Assembly: GCA_944350415.1 (NCBI GenBank) | Contig: CALVOY010000015.1 | Location: 1 to 43,321, forward strand | Reading direction: 5' to 3' | DNA from: an uncultured Bacilli bacterium | Lineage (GTDB): Bacteria; Bacillota_I; Bacilli_A; RF39; UBA660 | DNA length: 43,321 nt | In this document: positions 37,512-43,321 of the stretch, one piece after another | Position numbering within the stretch: the first letter of the stretch is position 1 | How the letters are laid out: each line of letters opens with the position of its first letter | The notes under the pieces: generated by a model | What the model was told of the DNA's origin: nothing | Databases searched by the model: none | Seen by the model: only the letters and a program-made list of their open reading frames with translations | Position numbers and translations under genes: made by a program

Positions 37512-38769
37512 TTGGTACCCCCTCTAATAAAAAGACTGTATCTATTTTTACTTTTTTGGCAACTTGAACAATATCTTCTTTTGTTACTTTCATAACCTCT
37601 TTCTTTCTTTCTTCAATATCACCTAAATTTAATAAATCTTTAGCCAAATAAGTTTCCATAATAGCATTCTCATTGTCTTCGATTTCTTTTAACAATGATA
37701 AATAATTTTCTTTCACAATCTCGATATGTTCTTCTGTAAAGTTTCCTTTTGTCATATCTTTCATTAGTTTTTTCACTAAGCGTAATGTTTTATCAAAATT
37801 TTCTCGAGAAATCCCTGCTTTAATAATCATGAGACTATCTAGTTTATTTAAAGAAGAGTAAACATAGTAAGCAAGCGAATGCTTTTCACGAATGATTTGA
37901 AAAAATTTGGATTCGCTATTACCGCCTAGAATCATATTATAAATGGTTAATACATAATTTCTTTCAAAATCCGTTAAAGAACCTATTTTACATCCAATAG
38001 ATAGCTTGGATTGATTGCTGTTTTCTTGTTCTTTGATAATCTTACTTCTAAGTGGTAACTTAGAATGTTCAATCAATTGCATGGATTTCGGTCTTTTAAA
38101 TGTCGAAAAAGGAAAATATTTACGAATCAAAGATTCCATTTCATCAAAATCAATATTGCCAATTGCGTAAATATCTATCAAACTATTCTTCGTAATCTTA
38201 TCGTAGTAAGCCACTAAATTTTCTTTGGTTAAGTGATCAAGATCTTCCGGGTAACCAAACTCTCGATAACTATAAGGCATATCTTTATCCATCTCTTCTA
38301 GCATACGCACTACACTATAGGTAGTTGGATTTTCTTTAATTGCTTTCATACTAGTTTCGATACTATCATATAGGAACTGAAAAGCTTCCTCAAAAGCAGC
38401 CTGTTTTTGAAAATTTGGATGAAAAATAACATCTGCTAAAAAACGAACACTCTCTTCTAACATTCCTTTTTCTGTATACTTTTCATTTAACAAAGACAAG
38501 TAAAAATTAATCATATTAAAACGGCCTGAACGATAGGCCTTTGTATATATATTGGTTGCATACAAATCTTGAGCCTTTAATACTAAATCACGTTTTGTTG
38601 GATAAGTATCTGTAGAATAAGTTAAAAAAGATGTTAGCATATTACGTAATGTAATTTCATCTTTTTGAATGTCATCTCTTAAACAAATTCTGATGTTTAC
38701 GGTTTTAAAACGATCTGTTTTAATTAAATGCAAATTGAAGGATGTCATATCTATTTTCTTATATTCCAT
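37495..38769 (-). CDS. ymfF: M16 family peptidase, non-catalytic subunit (YmfF-like)
   Basis: LHLIKT.RFKT, QSKL.IG, ILGG...SKFF..IREK.SLAY; no HxxEH; paired with ymfH. Confidence 0.88.
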   Translation of the reverse strand: MEYKKIDMTSFNLHLIKTDRFKTVNIRICLRDDIQKDEITLRNMLTSFLTYSTDTYPTKRDLVLKAQDLYATNIYTKAYRSGRFNMINFYLSLLNEKYTEKGMLEESVRFLADVIFHPNFQKQAAFEEAFQFLYDSIETSMKAIKENPTTYSVVRMLEEMDKDMPYSYREFGYPEDLDHLTKENLVAYYDKITKNSLIDIYAIGNIDFDEMESLIRKYFPFSTFKRPKSMQLIEHSKLPLRSKIIKEQENSNQSKLSIGCKIGSLTDFERNYVLTIYNMILGGNSESKFFQIIREKHSLAYYVYSSLNKLDSLMIIKAGISRENFDKTLRLVKKLMKDMTKGNFTEEHIEIVKENYLSLLKEIEDNENAIMETYLAKDLLNLGDIEERKKEVMKVTKEDIVQVAKKVKIDTVFLLEGVPNGENN

Positions 38770-38813
38770 TTTCTCACCTCTTTTTTAATATAACCAAAAT
38801 TTTTAAAACTATT

Positions 38814-39524
38814 TTAAATAGAATCTAATGCGATTTTTATCATAGTATCCAAAGAATTTTGCCTATCCTGACTAGAAACCTCTCTCTCATCGTAAGGACT
38901 GTCTACAACGGTTAACAAGCAACTTGCTTTCTTATTCAACTTCTGAGCCATAAAAAATAAACCAAAAGCTTCCATTTCACTAGCAAGTGTGTCTAAATCA
39001 GTAGGATATCTTTTCATATATTCAACCATGTCAACATATACATTAAAAACATCACTGGTAATAATCATACCTTTTTTTAAGGGGATATGATTCATAAGAG
39101 CTGATTGTTCAATTTGTTGATTTAATGCTTCCGAAGCAGACATTACTTTATCTTCTGTACCATCAAAAACTTGCGCAAATGTACTTAAGCTGTAAGCACT
39201 TTCTGCTAAAATAACATCCAATAACTTAATATCTTCTCCATTAGCACCACAAGTACCTATTCTAATAATATTTTCTACATCATAAAAATGAAATAATTCA
39301 TAAGAATAGATTCCAACACTTGGAATTCCCATTCCTGAAGAAAATACCGTTACTTCTTTCCCTTTATAAGTCCCAGTATAAGCTAATATATTTCTAACAG
39401 AATTAACTAATCTATAATTTTCTAAATATTTTTCCGCAATCATTTTAGCTCTTAGCGGATCGCCAGGCATTAAAACAGTTTTAGCAATATCTCCTTTTTT
39501 TGCTTCAATATGAGCTGTTGCCAT
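38814..39524 (-). CDS. deoD: Purine nucleoside phosphorylase, DeoD type
   Basis: VLMPGDPLRAK, GMGIPS.GIY, IRIGTCG and EMEA motifs. Confidence 0.97.
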   Translation of the reverse strand: MATAHIEAKKGDIAKTVLMPGDPLRAKMIAEKYLENYRLVNSVRNILAYTGTYKGKEVTVFSSGMGIPSVGIYSYELFHFYDVENIIRIGTCGANGEDIKLLDVILAESAYSLSTFAQVFDGTEDKVMSASEALNQQIEQSALMNHIPLKKGMIITSDVFNVYVDMVEYMKRYPTDLDTLASEMEAFGLFFMAQKLNKKASCLLTVVDSPYDEREVSSQDRQNSLDTMIKIALDSI

Positions 39525-39693
39525 AATATTACCCTCTTTCTAATTTACTATTATATTTTTATTATACCAAAATTTTAGAAATTTTTACCATAAATATTTA
39601 CTATTTGTTGACAATATTGCTCTTGCTTTCATTTTATACACCACTTTGACAAAAATTATGATAGAATAATAGCTTAACAAGGAGTGATGTTGT

Positions 39694-40799
39694 ATGAAAA
39701 TCAATTGGGATATCAGTGAAATAAGGAATAATATAGCTGAACTAAAGCACCTACAATCTATAGAAACTTCTTTAGAAAAACAAGAAGCAATCGCTTCGCA
39801 AATCCAAGACTATCAAGAGATGTTATGTACAATTTCTTATAAACAATCTAGTGATTCTATTTTGGATACTAAAAAAATGAATTTAGATGAAGTAGCTGAC
39901 ATTTTTTTGAAGATACTTCTTTAAAAAAAGATTGCGTTTTAATAAATTTATTAGTATATAGCTGGCCAATCATTCAATCATTTCATGAAAACGAAAGTGA
40001 GCTAACTACCATAATTTGTAATAATCAACAATTAATCCAAAAAACAGAATTCTTTCTAAAAAAATATACTACACCTAATATCTACCAACAATATCTAACT
40101 TTCAAGCAACAAAATCCTCATTATCTACAGATCAAGAAAGATAATTAGGATTTAGAATATAGTGGTTTGACATATATAGATTATATTTTAAAGAAAAAAT
40201 ATGTTTTATTGCTTCGTAGCAATACCGTTTATGATTTGATTACTCTTCCACATGAATTATTCCATGTTCTTTTTAATGATTTCGATCATTATTTAACTTT
40301 CCATAATCAAATTTATTATAGTCAAGAAGTAGAAGGTAGTTTTGCTGATTTTTTAGCGATCGATTTTTATAAACAGAAACTACCAGAAATCAGTTTAGAA
40401 GCAGCAAAGATATATTTATCCAATTATAAAGACAATATTTATTCTTTAATGATTGGTTCTAGTTATCTGCAGTCTATTAATTTAAAAAAACAGTTTCGAC
40501 TAAATAAAATACTAAATCTTTGGAATGCACCAATTCCAACATCTATTGCTGAAATAAAAAATTATATGTCAGATAGTTGTGGAGAAATTATCAACTATGC
40601 TTTATCTTATTTAGCTTCTCTTGATTTGTTTGAAATTTATAAAAAAGATCCTGAATTTGCGTTTTATTTATTAGGAAATATTCGCTATAGCTTAAAAGAA
40701 GATAATATTTTAAAAATTTTTAGAAGAAATCATATTACTTTTATGGACGATGATTTCACCAATTTAAAAGCATATGTGAAAAAGATAGAAAGACAATAA
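39694..40799 (+). pseudogene. Disrupted HExxH metallopeptidase-like gene (M3/oligoendopeptidase F-like core)
   Basis: ORF 39694-39924 continues after a frameshift at the T7 run 39902-39908 (EDTSLKKDCVLINLLVYSWPIIQSF...), meets an in-frame TAG at 40146-40148, then runs in frame into ORF 40167-40799 with TLPHELFH...QEVEG and NYALSYL. Confidence 0.75.
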
Positions 40800-40816
40800 G
40801 TGCTTCCTATCTTTTT
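40780..40816. terminator. Bidirectional terminator-like hairpin
   Basis: AAAAGATAGAAAG...CTTCCTATCTTTT between convergent genes. Confidence 0.55.
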
Positions 40817-43106
40817 ATTCTTCTTCACTATTTTCTAATTTTACCAAAACTTCTCGAGGCTTAGATCCATTCTGAGGACCTATGATTCCTCTTTCTTCTA
40901 ATAAATCGACAATTCTAGCTGCACGGTTATACCCAAGACGATACTTTCTTTGCAATAAAGAAGCACTTACCTTACCAGTTGTAATCACAAACTCTACTAC
41001 TTCATTATATAAAGGATCATCATACTCTTCTGGAGCATCTTTTACATCGCTAACACTCATTCCTTCAGACTCATTACTTCCTAAGTTCATAAATCTTTCA
41101 TCATACTGAGCTTTTTGTTGAGATACCGTATAATCTACAATTTTCTGCAAATCTTCATCAGATACATAAGCACCTTGCACTCTAACCGGAGTAATATCTC
41201 CCATAGGAGAAAATAGCATATCTCCTTTTCCAAGTAGTTTTTCAGCTCCGCTTTGATCTAAAATCGTACGAGAGTCAATATTAGAAGAAACAGCAAATGC
41301 AATTCGTGAAGGAATATTGGCTTTAATAACTCCTGTAATAACATCAGTAGAAGGTCTTTGTGTTGCGATAATCAAATGAATTCCAGCAGCACGGGCCATT
41401 TGCGTAATACGCATAATAGAATCTTCTACTTCTTTGCTTGCTACTAACATTAAATCCGCAAGTTCATCGACAATGACCACAATATAAGGCATATGACTGA
41501 TTTTGTCTTCCTCTGCTAAAGTTTCATTCTGCTTATCGACCCATTCATTATAAGTAGATATGTTTTTTACTCCTTTATCACTAAATTTATCATAACGATC
41601 TTCCATTTCTCGAACAATTCTCTTTAAAGCATCATTGGCTTTTCTAGGATCTGTTACTACCGGAATTAATAAATGTGGAACACCATTATACATACTAAGT
41701 TCTACCTTTTTAGGGTCTACTAATACTAATTTTACTTCCGAAGGTTTGGTCCTCATCAATAAGGAAGCAATAATACAGTTAATACAAACGGATTTACCAG
41801 ATCCTGTTGCACCAGCAACCAATAAATGTGGGGTTTTATCAATCTCACAAAAAATACTATTTCCCATAATATTTTTTCCCAAAGCAACCATTAACTTACT
41901 TTTTTCCTTATTAGCAGGAAAACTTTCTAATATTTCTCTTAATCCTACTGGTGTCACCGTATCATTAGCAAGCTCAATTCCTACCGTGCTTTTACCAGGA
42001 ATAGGTGCCTGAATTCGAACATCTTTCTTAGCAAGAGCTAACGAAATTTCTTTACTTAATCCAGTAATTTTACTCATTTTAGTTCCGGATGATATTTCTA
42101 ATTCATATTGAGTTACACTAGGTCCGACATTGACTTCTACTACTTTAGCAGTAATACCAAAATCTTTTAAAACCTTCTCTAGTTTTATGATATTAGATTC
42201 AATTACATCATTATTACTACCAGCCGCTTTTTTCTTAGTTGGAGTTAGTAAAGATAATGATGGCAATTTATAATGATAATTCGTATTATCATTAATTTTT
42301 ACCTCTGTATTAGAGCTTGTAGGAATAGGACCAACACTAGTCACATTGTTACTATTCAAACTAACATTATCATTTTTACCAGTATCATCTCTCAAACGGG
42401 TAATTTCGTCAATACTATGAATTTTAATCTTATTTTCTTCTTTATCTTCTACCTGCGTCAAAGCATCCTTGATCACGGAAGAATCATTTACAATAACTCC
42501 AGTATCTTCCAAAGAACGCTTTTTCTTTTTCTTGCGTTTGAACGGTTTTAAAATCATTGCGAAAATATCCATTCCAGTCATAAAAACAATACCTAAAACA
42601 ATCAAAACAACCGATACAATATAAGTTCCCTCTACTGCAAACAACTTATAAAACAAAGTGCTAAAAAAAGCGCCAATAATTCCAGCTCCTTTTAGTGTTA
42701 AAAGATTCCCATTTAAAATATTAGAAAAATTAGCTAATAAATTATCAATGGTATCTTGAAAAACTACTAGTACATCACTGGTATTTGCTTTCACATATCC
42801 AATATGAGCCAGCACAATAAAACCAATTGCCAAAATATAACATCCAATTAATCGCGTTGTAAAAAAATCTGGCCACTCTCTTTTATAAATTAAATAAAAG
42901 CCTAATAATAAAGTAATTAACAACAAAATCTGATAACCAGTACCGATTAAAAACATCGCAAAACTAGCACCAATTTGTCCAATAAATCCCAAAGGTTCTG
43001 GAACAATACTCAATATACTAGCAATGATGAACACCAAACCTATAATCTCATTCCAATGTTCAAACTTTTTCTTTCCGGTATCTTTTTTCTTTTTCTTTTT
43101 TGCCAT
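40815..43106 (-). CDS. ftsK: DNA translocase FtsK/SpoIIIE
   Basis: N-terminal TMs; GPSVT.YE, APIPGKS.VGIE, PHLLVAGATGSGKS, VDELADLM, ATQRPS, LLGKGDML and gamma domain LQRKYRLGYNRAAR. Confidence 0.97.
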   Translation of the reverse strand: MAKKKKKKDTGKKKFEHWNEIIGLVFIIASILSIVPEPLGFIGQIGASFAMFLIGTGYQILLLITLLLGFYLIYKREWPDFFTTRLIGCYILAIGFIVLAHIGYVKANTSDVLVVFQDTIDNLLANFSNILNGNLLTLKGAGIIGAFFSTLFYKLFAVEGTYIVSVVLIVLGIVFMTGMDIFAMILKPFKRKKKKKRSLEDTGVIVNDSSVIKDALTQVEDKEENKIKIHSIDEITRLRDDTGKNDNVSLNSNNVTSVGPIPTSSNTEVKINDNTNYHYKLPSLSLLTPTKKKAAGSNNDVIESNIIKLEKVLKDFGITAKVVEVNVGPSVTQYELEISSGTKMSKITGLSKEISLALAKKDVRIQAPIPGKSTVGIELANDTVTPVGLREILESFPANKEKSKLMVALGKNIMGNSIFCEIDKTPHLLVAGATGSGKSVCINCIIASLLMRTKPSEVKLVLVDPKKVELSMYNGVPHLLIPVVTDPRKANDALKRIVREMEDRYDKFSDKGVKNISTYNEWVDKQNETLAEEDKISHMPYIVVIVDELADLMLVASKEVEDSIMRITQMARAAGIHLIIATQRPSTDVITGVIKANIPSRIAFAVSSNIDSRTILDQSGAEKLLGKGDMLFSPMGDITPVRVQGAYVSDEDLQKIVDYTVSQQKAQYDERFMNLGSNESEGMSVSDVKDAPEEYDDPLYNEVVEFVITTGKVSASLLQRKYRLGYNRAARIVDLLEERGIIGPQNGSKPREVLVKLENSEEE

Positions 43107-43207
43107 AGTTAAAACTCCTCTTATGATTCTAAAAACATTATATCACAAAACTAAAATAATGGAAAAAAAATAAAAAAAAGAAGAAATCCTTCTTCTGGTT
43201 GTATAAT

Positions 43208-43321
43208 AAATAGTGTTGGTGGTGTAAAAATCACTACACTATTTTTATTTAATAAAAAGACATGTAATCTGATACAATGTAATTGCTTAATAAAACATTG
43301 AAAGGTTGTGATTACATGTCT
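43208..43321 (+). other. Two stem-loops at the window edge; the second covers a probable RBS and ATG (43316) of an off-window gene
   Basis: AAATAGTGT...ACACTATTT hairpin; perfect 12-bp inverted repeat AGACATGTAATC (43258-43269) / GATTACATGTCT (43310-43321) with inner CAATGT/ACATTG. Confidence 0.5.

Noticed and set aside
36225-38769. M16 peptidase pair as processing enzymes for the GG peptides
   Set aside because: They are the conserved ymfF-ymfH pair found near spoIIIE, 8 kb away, and the C39 domain already accounts for leader cleavage.
1136-42551. Short ORF-track entries antisense to or nested in clear genes (e.g. 1136-1429, 2357-2620, 5951-6160, 12581-12787, 23111-23383, 36214-36477, 41635-42012)
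   Set aside because: Shadow frames of well-supported genes, with no RBS or recognisable motif.
1-43321. CRISPR arrays, tRNA/rRNA genes, prophage or IS elements, alternative genetic code
   Set aside because: No regularly spaced repeats, cloverleafs, integrase or transposase seen by eye; TGA, TAG and TAA all end conserved genes normally.

Overview
Very AT-rich chromosomal segment from a low-GC, apparently spore-forming member of the Bacilli. The compact intergenics, alpha2-type GlyRS, short AddB and the mix of sporulation genes with many orphan ORFs suggest a genome-reduced gut lineage such as RF39; this is inference, not a database result. Most genes are on the minus strand and follow Bacillus-like synteny: spoIIIE/ftsK, deoD, ymfF-ymfH, a GHL10 hydrolase, a TasA/SipW-type protein, addB-addA, rpsU-yqeY, yqfC-yqfD, ybeY-dgkA-cdd-era-yqzL-recO, glyQS, uvrC-mutL-miaA, rpsT, gpr-spoIIP. 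Points of interest: (1) a compact peptide-export locus at 25.0-28.0 kb with a C39-peptidase ABC transporter, a very small accessory membrane protein, two double-glycine-leader peptides missing from the ORF track (each with one near-terminal Cys), and a leaderless ORF sharing a motif with peptide B; (2) a glyQS-type T-box leader that seems to have an ultrashort Stem I with a GGA (Gly) codon in a terminal loop, separated from glyQS by an orphan gene; (3) an unexplained long hairpin with G-U pairs between addA and the transporter; (4) orphan genes placed inside conserved operons, several with a similar basic C-terminal tail; (5) a doubly broken HExxH peptidase pseudogene; (6) a hairpin covering an RBS and ATG at the right edge. 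I saw no rRNA, tRNA, CRISPR array, integrase or transposase.
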